From the NCBI GenBank assembly GCA_965221955.1, contig CBDCTA010000029.1, positions 288,001-352,000 of the forward strand: DNA of 64,000 bases. The letters run 5' to 3'. The translations under genes were made by a program, and so were the position numbers. The stretch's first letter is position 1. Every line of letters starts with the position of its first letter. The notes beneath the pieces were generated by a model, which saw nothing but the letters and a program-made list of their open reading frames with translations, had not been told where the DNA came from and did not search any database. Of this stretch, positions 27,569 to 37,067 are shown in pieces. The stretch comes from Gammaproteobacteria bacterium (GTDB lineage Bacteria; Pseudomonadota; Gammaproteobacteria; UBA4575).

Positions 27569-28705
27569 TTAATGTAATGTATTTTTTTGAAAGTGTTTAT
27601 AGGCTTTTCCCGAGTCGATGACTGCGCTCACTTTTTCAGAAGAAGCTTGTAAATCTTTTTCTATACCCATGTGTGTAAGCATGATGGCAGATGAATAAAT
27701 TAAACTATCTCGTGCTGGTCCTTGTTTGCCCTGCAAAGCTGCAATTCCAACTTTTGCTGCTTCTGTTGCAAGTTGGTCGGTATCAATCTTTGCGGCCGTC
27801 TCATCCCCAATAGATTTTGCTGCACCCAGTTCTGGTAATGGTACTGCGCGAACATCTTGCTGAATATCGACTTGATCTGGGTGAATCTCAACTTCAGTGA
27901 GTTCACCTTTTTCTAAATACTGAAAATATTTTGATTCTTGTTTTAAAGAAGGAATAACACCTCCTTCAACGCCACGCACTAACACTGCAGAATTAAAACC
28001 CGATAACTTTGCGAGGTGTTCATAAACAGGTGGGTAAGGTTTATGCACATAACCTGTCATCAAAGTTGTACTTTTTTTGCCTCGCACCGGACCTATTAAA
28101 ACTTCCACGGTAGTAATTACTGGGCGTTTTACAATTTGTGTGCGTAAAGGAATTAAATTATGCAACTCTGGACAAATTGTTTTTTGATCGAGGTAAGCCC
28201 AGGCAACTTCAGCATTATTGATTTGTGCGAGTGCTTGTTGCATATCAAAATCAACGTTAATACCTGCTGCACGTAACACTTTTCGGTGTGTAGCCCCGTA
28301 CTTAGGTCCAACCGCTTCTGCGCCATGCGATACAGATGGCAAGCCACATGCTGCGAGTACTGCAGGTATAAAGGGTGAAACAGGTAAACCACGTGTGTAA
28401 CCATCATAGGGGTCGGCCACGTCAATCACATGATCAACATCTGCTGTAACGATATTAGAAGCATCAATGATCGCTTGTAAGCAGCCACCGTTTTCGTCCA
28501 ACGTTTCACGCTTCATGCGTAAAGCTATTAAAAAGATACCTGCTTGCACAGGATCAGCTGAGCCATCCAATATATGGCGCATGGCATCTCGTGCTTCTTC
28601 AAATGAGATGTCTTTACTATATTCCGGTCCAGTTGCTACACGTTGAATATAAGAACGCATGGCAAGCTTGGCATCAGGATTGATTTCTTGTGTTGCGGCT
28701 GACAT
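27569..28705 (-). CDS. Anthranilate phosphoribosyltransferase-like (TrpD/YbiB fold) protein
   Basis: QAGIFLIALRMKRET N-domain; SHG, LRTQIVKR, VRGVEG; no GTGGD PRPP loop. Confidence 0.75.
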   Translation of the reverse strand: MSAATQEINPDAKLAMRSYIQRVATGPEYSKDISFEEARDAMRHILDGSADPVQAGIFLIALRMKRETLDENGGCLQAIIDASNIVTADVDHVIDVADPYDGYTRGLPVSPFIPAVLAACGLPSVSHGAEAVGPKYGATHRKVLRAAGINVDFDMQQALAQINNAEVAWAYLDQKTICPELHNLIPLRTQIVKRPVITTVEVLIGPVRGKKSTTLMTGYVHKPYPPVYEHLAKLSGFNSAVLVRGVEGGVIPSLKQESKYFQYLEKGELTEVEIHPDQVDIQQDVRAVPLPELGAAKSIGDETAAKIDTDQLATEAAKVGIAALQGKQGPARDSLIYSSAIMLTHMGIEKDLQASSEKVSAVIDSGKAYKHFQKNTLH

Positions 28706-28916
28706 GAATTGAATAATGCCACTTTAGAAATGGCCTGGCAGGATACAAAAGGTGGTATTTCACTCTATATATCCCTATCGAGAGGATAATTTTCAAGGTA
28801 TTCCTGATAAATCCTTACTTGCACTGGATATATTTAGGGTTATTCCTACTCATTTAATGTTTCGCGTATCATCTTTACCATTAAATAACCCTCAATAATT
28901 GAAGTTTGGAGACCCT

Positions 28917-29360
28917 ATGTCTGCACAAGATGAAATGGATTTTAATAGCGGCATGATGGCGTTTGAGGCCAAACATTTTTCTCGTGCCATGCAGATTCTT
29001 TCTCCTCTTGCGGAAAAAGGAAATACAGAAGCGATGCACCGCTGTGCCATCATGTATCAAAATGGACTGGGAGTTGCCGTGAATAAAGAAGCTGCATTTA
29101 TGTGGATGGAAAAAGCAGCTGAACTTGGGCATGAGCTTGCACAACATGGTTTAGGGTTTATGTATATGGAAGGAGATTGTACGGATCAAAATGGCGAGCT
29201 CGCAGTGAAATGGTTTACCGCTGCTGCAGAACAAGGTTTGCAAGGTTCGCAAACGACACTAGGCATGATGTATGAGCAAGGTACTGCAGGAATTGAGAAA
29301 GACCCTGAAAAAGCTAAACAGTGGTATGCCAAAGCTGGCTTTTCACCAGAAGAAATCTAA
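28917..29360 (+). CDS. Sel1-repeat (TPR-like) protein (ORF track start 28899)
   Basis: Repeats AEKGNTEA, MYQNGLGV, AAELGH..AQ..LG.MY.EG, A.KWF..AAEQG. Confidence 0.9.
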   Translation: MSAQDEMDFNSGMMAFEAKHFSRAMQILSPLAEKGNTEAMHRCAIMYQNGLGVAVNKEAAFMWMEKAAELGHELAQHGLGFMYMEGDCTDQNGELAVKWFTAAAEQGLQGSQTTLGMMYEQGTAGIEKDPEKAKQWYAKAGFSPEEI

Positions 29361-29484
29361 GGAAACTCTGATTTATCCTGATATGTCGTTAAAATGAGTT
29401 TTCAAAATGCTCATGTATTTATAAATGCAATCCGCTTTTTCAAATTCATTTTGCCTAATCTCAAATTAATTCAGAGCTCCCTTA
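29358..29484 (+). repeat. Structured palindromic repeat, copy 2, starting at the sel1 stop codon
   Basis: Terminal IR TAAGGAAACTCTGATTTAT/ATTAATTCAGAGCTCCCTTA; core CGTT..TGCTCATGTA..ATCCGC..TTTTGCCT. Confidence 0.78.
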
Positions 29485-29515
29485 AACAAACGGAAAGAAT
29501 AAATTATAAATAATT

Positions 29516-30565
29516 ATGCGCCCTGCACATCTATTAACAGTTTTAGAAAAAGAATTTCATGGCGCTGCTTCTGGGCACCATACACCTGTTATGTTATGGG
29601 GTCCTCCAGGTGTTGGAAAGTCGCAGATGGTTTCACAGGTTGCGGAGAAGAATAATGTTGAAGTGATTGATATTCGTCTGTCGCAAATGGAGCCGAGTGA
29701 TTTACGCGGGATTCCTTTTCGCGAAAACGGTTCAGTAGAGTGGGCTGTGCCTGCCATGCTTCCTAATGAAGAACGTCATGGTAAAAGTGGAATACTTTTT
29801 TTAGATGAAATTACTTCCGCTGCACCGAGTGTGTCTGCTGCGGCATATCAGCTTATTCTTGATCGTCGACTTGGACAATATACTGTACCAAATGGATGGG
29901 CCATTTTTGCTGCAGGTAATCGTCAAGGGGATCGCGGTGTTACTTATACGATGCCAGCACCACTTGCGAATCGTTTTTCTCACTTTGAAGTGGATTTAAA
30001 TTTAGATGACTGGGTGGCTTGGGCATACGCAAATGATATTGATGAAAGAATTATTGCGTTTTTACGTTTTCGCCCAGATTTATTATTTGATTTTGATCCC
30101 GCACATAATCCTGTAGCATTTCCTTCACCGCGTTCCTGGGAGTTTGCGCATCGTGCGTTACAAAAATTTTCTGAACGACCAGATTTATTGGTTGGTGCAT
30201 TACAAGCCTGTGTGGGACCAGCGGCTGGTGTTGAGTTAAATGCATTTATTGCAAATCTTGATCAAATGCCAGATCTTGAAGCCATTGTGCGTGGCGAAGA
30301 TATTGCCGCACCGCAAGAAATCGATTTGCAGTATGCAGTTGCTTCTGCATTAGTAGGTCATGCAATTCGTGCCAAAAAAGAAAGTAAGTCTGGAGAAGTC
30401 CAAGGCAATATTTTGAATTACGCAAATAAATTCCCGCAACGTGAAATGGGTGTGATGATGGTATCCGATATGCATCGTGCGATTGGCGAAGACTTATTTG
30501 CTTTGCCAGAGTTTGCTATATGGGCGGATAAGATTGCCGATATTATGATTTTTCAGAGCGGGTAA
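29516..30565 (+). CDS. MoxR-like AAA+ ATPase
   Basis: Walker A GPPGVGKS, Walker B LFLDE, AAGN, LANRF, PSPRSW. Confidence 0.92.
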   Translation: MRPAHLLTVLEKEFHGAASGHHTPVMLWGPPGVGKSQMVSQVAEKNNVEVIDIRLSQMEPSDLRGIPFRENGSVEWAVPAMLPNEERHGKSGILFLDEITSAAPSVSAAAYQLILDRRLGQYTVPNGWAIFAAGNRQGDRGVTYTMPAPLANRFSHFEVDLNLDDWVAWAYANDIDERIIAFLRFRPDLLFDFDPAHNPVAFPSPRSWEFAHRALQKFSERPDLLVGALQACVGPAAGVELNAFIANLDQMPDLEAIVRGEDIAAPQEIDLQYAVASALVGHAIRAKKESKSGEVQGNILNYANKFPQREMGVMMVSDMHRAIGEDLFALPEFAIWADKIADIMIFQSG

Positions 30566-30680
30566 CCCTAATTTATCCCGACATTTCGTTAAAAAAATGT
30601 TCAAAGATGCTCATTTACTAGTATGTAAACTCCGCTCTTTAAACATTTTTTGCCTCATTTCGTAATAAATTAGAGCCACT
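30561..30680 (+). repeat. Structured palindromic repeat, copy 3, starting at the AAA gene stop codon
   Basis: Arms CTAATTTAT/ATAAATTAG; core CGTT..TGCTCATTTAC..GTAAACTCCGC..TTTTGCCTC. Confidence 0.78.
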
Positions 30681-30729
30681 TTAAGCTCTCGCAGAATTTA
30701 TAAATGAATCTAAGTTTTTCACTTTCAAA

Positions 30730-31983
30730 TTGAATATAGTTGCAGTGACTGATTCTGAAATTCAAAACAAACTTGCCGCTGCTAGGACACGGTTAATTTT
30801 AGACAAACCTTTTTTAGGGGCACTTGTGTTGCGCCTTCCTCTCGTTGCTGCAGATCCGCAATGGTGTAAAGCTGCAGCAACCGATGCCAAAAAACTTTAT
30901 TACAATCAGGACTACATCAACGCACTAGATATTCAACAAACTCAGTTTGTTTTAGCTAAACAAGCATTACATTGTGCGCTTTCGCATTTCGCGCGTCGAC
31001 AGCATCGTATCAAACATCGTTGGGATTTAGCCTGTGATTATGCAGTGAACCCTTTGCTCATTGAAGATGGATTAAAAGCACCACCTGAAACATTGGTAGA
31101 TGATGGTTACCAAGGGATGACTGCTGAAGAAATTTATCACTATATTGGTGACCTTGATAATGAGGATTCTGAATTAGATAAACAAGAAGAAGAAAATAAT
31201 AAAGATGATGGAGACTCACAAGATTCTTCGATCAATTCAAATCAGCAAATAGAGCCTTCTTCTATCTCGAACTCTTCAGATGAAAGTCAAAATTCAGAAG
31301 AAGAAAATGAACAAGAATTGGCACAGCAGCCAGCTGAACTTACTCCACAAGAACAAGAAGAGTTATCGATTCAATGGCAGCAACGTCTAGCGGGTGCCGC
31401 GCAACAAGCCATGCAAGCTGGGAAGATGGGTGGCGCTATGCAACGCATGGTGAACTTTATGTTACAACCTAGGTTGCCATGGCGAATGTTATTGGCTCGT
31501 TACATGACTGCGAGTGCACGAGATGATTACAGTTACTCTAGACCTTCTTCGCGTCGGGGAGATCCTGCAATTTTTCCAAGTTTGCGCAGTGCTCAAATTA
31601 ATATTGCGGTTGGAATTGATACAAGTGGTTCTGTGGATGATAAAGAAATGAGTGAATTTCTTTCAGAAGTCAATGCAATAAAAGGCAACATGCGAGCTAG
31701 GATCACATTATTGCCTTGTGATGCTGAGTTAGCTGAAGGTGCACCTTGGATATTTGAACCTTGGGAAGAAATTAATTTGCCCGATTCACTAAAAGGTGGA
31801 GGTGGTACCAATTTTTGCCCCGTGTTTGAATGGTTAGATTTACAAGATCAAAATCCAGATTTGTTGGTTTATTTCACCGACTGCAAAGGAAGATTTCCTG
31901 AAGTCATTCCTAGTTACCCTGTGATTTGGTTGGTTAAAGGTAAAGATGAGATTCCTTGGGGCCAAAGAGTACAGCTAAACTAG
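30730..31983 (+). CDS. DUF2201-type protein: degenerate metallopeptidase-like N-domain plus VWA domain
   Basis: AATDA...LAKQALHCAL.H..RR..W..ACDYAVN; acidic linker; MIDAS DTSGS, GGGGTNF, YFTD. Confidence 0.88.
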   Translation: MNIVAVTDSEIQNKLAAARTRLILDKPFLGALVLRLPLVAADPQWCKAAATDAKKLYYNQDYINALDIQQTQFVLAKQALHCALSHFARRQHRIKHRWDLACDYAVNPLLIEDGLKAPPETLVDDGYQGMTAEEIYHYIGDLDNEDSELDKQEEENNKDDGDSQDSSINSNQQIEPSSISNSSDESQNSEEENEQELAQQPAELTPQEQEELSIQWQQRLAGAAQQAMQAGKMGGAMQRMVNFMLQPRLPWRMLLARYMTASARDDYSYSRPSSRRGDPAIFPSLRSAQINIAVGIDTSGSVDDKEMSEFLSEVNAIKGNMRARITLLPCDAELAEGAPWIFEPWEEINLPDSLKGGGGTNFCPVFEWLDLQDQNPDLLVYFTDCKGRFPEVIPSYPVIWLVKGKDEIPWGQRVQLN

Positions 31984-31984
31984 T

Positions 31985-33091
31985 ATGCAATTATCTAGTG
32001 AAGATCAGCTGCGTCTAAACGTTTTAGTTGCGCAACCTCTCCAAGCGGTCCGCATCGATGAGTCTCGTATGTGTGTACATGTATTATCTGAAAAAGGGGA
32101 TGCAAGTGTGCAATTAAATCCAACATGTAAGGATGAAAAATATGTGCGTTTGGTACGTCAATTTTTATCAACATATTATTTAGGTTCACCCGGGGGTTAT
32201 CCTGTATTTTTGCGTCGCTGGACACGTATGGGTCAAGCGCGTGATGATAGTTTAGAAAAGTTATTGTTAATAGGAGAACCAGAAGCGGTTGCTGCGGTTG
32301 TGCATGCTTCGGGCCTAACTGATGAGCTTGCTAGGCGTGCTTGGTGGTCTAGTGCCACCGCGGAAAATGCTAGGCGCATGCTTGAAAAAGAATGTGTTGT
32401 AAAAGGTTTAATGGGAAAAGAATTGGCACAGTTTTTAATTGAATTTTTACCTTTCGAAGAACAACAAAAAGCAATTATTGATAGTGTACGTTTAGTGCTA
32501 CAACCTGGATTGATAACAGATGAAACGCGCATGGAAATATGGAAGCGTGGAAAAAGAAAAAATACCTACTACATTGGATTTCTTCAACAAACCCCTAACG
32601 ACTTGCCAATAGAGGTTAATGCGCATGAAAGCTATGGAAAAATTAGTGAAATAATAAAAACCGAAATAGAACAAGGTAATGAAGTAGCTGACTTATTAAG
32701 CTTGGCGTTAAGTCCTGCTGGGCAAGCATTCCTAGAAACGATAGAGCTGGTATTGAAAAAACCAAATGATCAAGAAGCTGTAGCGGCTATACTAAACGCA
32801 ATCGGACAGTATTTTGATAAATTTGGTATCGATCAATTGAAATGGCGTGATATTCAAGATTTAACAAGTTATGCCGAAGTGCATTACCAACAACATTGGG
32901 CCGTACAAAAACTGCTAGTAATAGATGAAGCTTTAGCTTCTAAGCTAAAAGCATTATTCAATTTATCAATGATTTCTGAAACACTTGTTGATCCAATTTT
33001 TGGTATGACAGATGCCATAGGTTCTGTGATGAGAAAAAAAATAGCACACGTTGTAAATCCAATTACAGAAAATCTGCAGTTGCTTAGGTAA
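31985..33091 (+). CDS. dsrS: DsrS
   Basis: LSSEDQLRLNVL, GSPGGYPVFLRRWTRMGQ, LLLIGEPEAV, TDAIGSVMRKK match my recollection of DsrS. Confidence 0.8.
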   Translation: MQLSSEDQLRLNVLVAQPLQAVRIDESRMCVHVLSEKGDASVQLNPTCKDEKYVRLVRQFLSTYYLGSPGGYPVFLRRWTRMGQARDDSLEKLLLIGEPEAVAAVVHASGLTDELARRAWWSSATAENARRMLEKECVVKGLMGKELAQFLIEFLPFEEQQKAIIDSVRLVLQPGLITDETRMEIWKRGKRKNTYYIGFLQQTPNDLPIEVNAHESYGKISEIIKTEIEQGNEVADLLSLALSPAGQAFLETIELVLKKPNDQEAVAAILNAIGQYFDKFGIDQLKWRDIQDLTSYAEVHYQQHWAVQKLLVIDEALASKLKALFNLSMISETLVDPIFGMTDAIGSVMRKKIAHVVNPITENLQLLR

Positions 33092-33103
33092 TAAATAAAG
33101 CAT

Positions 33104-34534
33104 ATGGATTATCTGCCACTATTTCTCGATATTAAAAACAAGCCCTGTTTGATTGTGGGGGGTGGTGTAATTGCTGAACGCAAAGTAACTATTCTGTCGC
33201 GTGCGCAAGCAGCCATTACGGTTATTGCTCCTGAAATTACCGCAGAGATACAACGTAAACTCGATAATAAGATCATATGGAAACAAAAAGAGTTTGCAGC
33301 AGAAGATTTAAAAGACTACCAAATTGTTATCGCAGCGACTGATGACCGAGAGGTTAATGCAAAAGTTGCTTCACTTTGCCGAGAAAAAAATATTTTAGTG
33401 AATGCTGCTGACGACACTAAAAACTGTGACTTCATTCTGCCTTCTATTATTGATCGTTCACCAGTGCAAATTGCAGTTTCAACTGGAGGCGCTTCGCCTG
33501 TATTGGCAAGAATGCTGCGTACGAAACTAGAAAATTGCACGCCTGCATCTTATGGTGATTTGGCAAGGCTTATTGAAGATAATCGTATAAAAGTTAAAGA
33601 AAAATTCTCCACCGTTGATCAAAGACGAAAATTTTGGGAACAAGTATTGCAAGGACCCATTGCAGAATTAGTATTTGCTAACCAATTAAGTGCTGCGCAG
33701 AAATTATTAGAAGATGCTATTCATCAAGCGGATAATAATGAGTTGCCGCAAGGAGAGGTGTACTTAGTAGGAGCAGGCCCTGGCGACCCAGATCTTTTAA
33801 CCTTCCGAGCTTTGCGATTGATGCAACAAGCAGACGTAGTCGTATATGACCGTTTAGTTTCTCAAGAAATCATGGATTTAGTTCGAAAAGATGCTGAACA
33901 TATTTATGCAGGGAAAGAGCGTGCGCAACATACTTTACAACAGGAAACGATCAACGAACTTCTAGTGCGATTGGCGAAAGAAGGGAAGCGTGTCTTGCGT
34001 CTAAAAGGGGGGGATCCCTTTATTTTTGGCCGTGGTGGTGAAGAGATTGCTTCACTTATTGATGAAAGTATTCCATTTCAAATTGTTCCCGGTATTACTG
34101 CGGCAGCAGGTTGTGCGGCATACGCGGGAATCCCGCTTACACATCGTGAATATTCACAAGCTGCAATTTTTGCAACAGGACATTTAAAAGATGGTACGGT
34201 GGATTTGAACTGGGAAATGTTAGCGCATGCTAATCAGACCTTAGTATTTTATATGGGTCTACATGGGTTGCAGATCATCTGTAATAATTTAATCAAACAT
34301 GGGCTAAGCACTACAACACCAGCAGCTTTAGTAATGCAAGGCACCACAGCAAATCAAAAAAACATTATCGGCAATCTTGAAAATCTACCGGAATTAGTCA
34401 AGCGACATGATGTCAAACCACCAACACTTGTGATCGTTGGCGATGTTGTGCGGCTGCATGAAAAATTAAACTGGTTTAATCCTGAAGAAGATGTCACTGC
34501 AGGAGCAGTAAAAGCTTTCGGCGCTAAAACGTAG
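33104..34534 (+). CDS. cysG: Siroheme synthase
   Basis: N-terminal dehydrogenase/chelatase (VGGG..AERK, STGGASP) plus SUMT domain (VGAGPGDPDLLT, RLKGGDPFIFGRGGEE). Confidence 0.96.
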   Translation: MDYLPLFLDIKNKPCLIVGGGVIAERKVTILSRAQAAITVIAPEITAEIQRKLDNKIIWKQKEFAAEDLKDYQIVIAATDDREVNAKVASLCREKNILVNAADDTKNCDFILPSIIDRSPVQIAVSTGGASPVLARMLRTKLENCTPASYGDLARLIEDNRIKVKEKFSTVDQRRKFWEQVLQGPIAELVFANQLSAAQKLLEDAIHQADNNELPQGEVYLVGAGPGDPDLLTFRALRLMQQADVVVYDRLVSQEIMDLVRKDAEHIYAGKERAQHTLQQETINELLVRLAKEGKRVLRLKGGDPFIFGRGGEEIASLIDESIPFQIVPGITAAAGCAAYAGIPLTHREYSQAAIFATGHLKDGTVDLNWEMLAHANQTLVFYMGLHGLQIICNNLIKHGLSTTTPAALVMQGTTANQKNIIGNLENLPELVKRHDVKPPTLVIVGDVVRLHEKLNWFNPEEDVTAGAVKAFGAKT

Positions 34535-34545
34535 TTTTATATTAG

Positions 34546-35202
34546 TTAGTCATGCATGGCAGATTCTTTTATATTAATCTTGCCATTTTTAACTTGAATA
34601 AATCCGTCACGCTTTAAATCGTGAATTACACGACTTACTGTTTCTCTTGATGATGCTACAAGATTAGCAATATCTTTATGAGTCAAGCCTTTTACAACTC
34701 TACGACCATCTATATTAATAGAATGATCTAATAACGCACGTACCACTCTACGGTGTACATTATTAAGAGCAAAATTTTCTAGATCCTTAGTTAATTTTTT
34801 AATAGTAGTAGCCATGCTAAGCACAATTTTTTGTGCAGCTTTAGGATTGTGGCTATAAAAGTCAATAAAGTCATTTTTATTTATGATTAAAACTTTGCAC
34901 TTTTCTTTCGCAAGCACACTCGCCGTACGCGGTGTATTGCAAAATAACGAGAGTTCGCCAAAAGAATCACCTTCATTTATTTCGTTGAGCGTTACTTCTC
35001 TTCCTTGCTCATTTTCAATATAAACGCGCACACTACCTTCAAGAATAAAGTATACAGAGGTAGATTCATCTCCTTCCGTAAGAATGATTGTATTTTTTGC
35101 ATAGTTTTTAATGCGTGACTTATTCGATAGTGGTTCGAGATCTTCTTTAGAAAATTCTAAAAAGAAAGGTATTTGTTGTAGTGCAAAGAGTTTTGCATTC
35201 AT
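34546..35202 (-). CDS. Crp/Fnr-family regulator (cNMP-binding)
   Basis: FGELSL...PRTASV cNMP pocket; HTH LTHKDIANLVASSRETVSR. Confidence 0.92.
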   Translation of the reverse strand: MNAKLFALQQIPFFLEFSKEDLEPLSNKSRIKNYAKNTIILTEGDESTSVYFILEGSVRVYIENEQGREVTLNEINEGDSFGELSLFCNTPRTASVLAKEKCKVLIINKNDFIDFYSHNPKAAQKIVLSMATTIKKLTKDLENFALNNVHRRVVRALLDHSINIDGRRVVKGLTHKDIANLVASSRETVSRVIHDLKRDGFIQVKNGKINIKESAMHD

Positions 35203-37067
35203 AGTTCTACTTCCGAAGTAACAATGTTATTCAACGCTAAATCAACAATCGAATGTACTTGTGAATTAAATGAATCTAATGTCGAAGGTGTTAAATACAG
35301 CCCGCCGTTATCTTTCCATGAGTCCGATAAGAGGTATCTTGAGTCCCTTTTTAATACAGAATCCGTTTTACAATTATGTATAACAAGCGCACTAGACATC
35401 GGCCAATTAGTTTGAATTTCATTTAAGCGAACACTTGCGATGTAGTCCGCCCCATAAATATTGCAGTGTTCATTGTCAATGCTTTTAAAATCTTTAGAAT
35501 TTAGAGGTGAGCTGAGGAGTACAAAATTTGTTTTGTATGACTGTAACGAAGAGTCAGATAATGCTTTTTTATATAATTCAACAATATTCTTGCTAATTAG
35601 CCTTGCATGTTTACCAGTTTGATGTGGCAGTTTAGGTATATACGCATAAACAACTACTTTTTTTTCTTTAGGGCTTAAATCACTTTTAAAAGTTTCTGGT
35701 TCGGCCAGCTTGCTTTGGGGGATTGGTGTATTTTCATCAGTTTCGGGCGCGCAAAATAGCTCTTCTCTTATAGTCCCCTTGCTGCTTTCTAGTGAATGAG
35801 GTTTTACTGCATCATTAGAGTATATAGAGCAATTTGTGAATTGTTTTTCTTCGTTCAGTGTCTCTGATTGTGGTTGTGATTCAATAATATCGATTATCTG
35901 CTGTCTTACAGGGTTATATTCTGCATACAAGTTTTCATAAGTATTGAGTGTTTGTTGAGAGATCACTTCATCTAGACGAGAGAGCAATGTTTTGTTTGCC
36001 TCAATTAGATTTATGTTTTTTGCTGCATAATCATCAATTAGGATATTTTTGAGACTTAGCTCTTTCTCAATACGATCAAATCGAGCACTCATGCTCTCCT
36101 GTTGAGAAATAAGCTTGTGGTTTAGTCGTTTAAGACCATCAAGAGCTTTTCTTTGGTTTTCGTACTTATTAACTAAAAATTCCTGATTTTTTTCATATGT
36201 CAGTATTTTCTCATGTGCCTGTGCTAGTAAACTCTCGTCAATTTTACTTTGTTGGTTCAGGTTTAAATCATTCTCATGGAGATGTTCTATGTGTTTAGAT
36301 TTATATAAAACTATCTCGCTATTTTTTTTATTTCTTAAGCTTATATCAGGCTTAATTTCGCTAATTTTGTCCGTGAAAGAAATCTTAGTATTGTTATTTA
36401 ATTGTGCAGTACCAATGTGATAAGCGAAGAATAATGCACATGCTGTTGAAAATGCGTATGTAAAAATGGGGAATAGAGGTTTTTTTATCCTACAGTTAAA
36501 AAATGTGGTATTGCTGATGTAAGAGCCTTTTTGATTTAAGCATACTTTGTATGCTTTTATAGAGTTGTGTAGATTTTTTAATCGATGTTGACCTAAGCAT
36601 TTATACTTATATGGAAGAGTACGATGAACGTGGGAAAATAAAGATTCCGAAAAAACAATTCCGCCTGGTTCTGCTAACGATTCCAACCTTTTAGTAATAT
36701 TTACACAATTGCCAAAAGTTTCACCACTATCGATAATGACCTCTCCGCAATTTATTCCAATACGAAAACTTAAGTTTTCCTCTTTTTGTAAAGTTTCATT
36801 TTGTTCAAATGACGATGTTTGAATGTCTACTGCACATTGCAAGGCCTTTGTAGGAGAGGCAAAAGTAGCTAGAACACTGTCACCTTCGGTTCTATGGATC
36901 ACACCATTATGGTGACGAACAAGATTTGAAATAAGTGAAAAACGCACACATAAATTACTGTGTGTCAGTTCCTCATTTGTTTCAGTCAAACGAGCATACT
37001 CAGCAACATCTGCAAACAGTATTGTTTTCAGTTCGCGATAAGTAGTTCCTTGTGGTGCCCCATTCAC
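35199..37067 (-). CDS. Class III nucleotidyl cyclase with TM segment, coiled coil and C-terminal domain
   Basis: ILFADV, EGDS, FRIGINCGEV, FGNCVN..KRLE, LG..RLKN; overlaps the crp start (ATGA). Confidence 0.85.
   Translation of the reverse strand: MNGAPQGTTYRELKTILFADVAEYARLTETNEELTHSNLCVRFSLISNLVRHHNGVIHRTEGDSVLATFASPTKALQCAVDIQTSSFEQNETLQKEENLSFRIGINCGEVIIDSGETFGNCVNITKRLESLAEPGGIVFSESLFSHVHRTLPYKYKCLGQHRLKNLHNSIKAYKVCLNQKGSYISNTTFFNCRIKKPLFPIFTYAFSTACALFFAYHIGTAQLNNNTKISFTDKISEIKPDISLRNKKNSEIVLYKSKHIEHLHENDLNLNQQSKIDESLLAQAHEKILTYEKNQEFLVNKYENQRKALDGLKRLNHKLISQQESMSARFDRIEKELSLKNILIDDYAAKNINLIEANKTLLSRLDEVISQQTLNTYENLYAEYNPVRQQIIDIIESQPQSETLNEEKQFTNCSIYSNDAVKPHSLESSKGTIREELFCAPETDENTPIPQSKLAEPETFKSDLSPKEKKVVVYAYIPKLPHQTGKHARLISKNIVELYKKALSDSSLQSYKTNFVLLSSPLNSKDFKSIDNEHCNIYGADYIASVRLNEIQTNWPMSSALVIHNCKTDSVLKRDSRYLLSDSWKDNGGLYLTPSTLDSFNSQVHSIVDLALNNIVTSEVEL

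Noticed and set aside
27569-28705. trpD for tryptophan biosynthesis
   Set aside because: It lacks the GTGGD PRPP-binding loop and any trp operon context.
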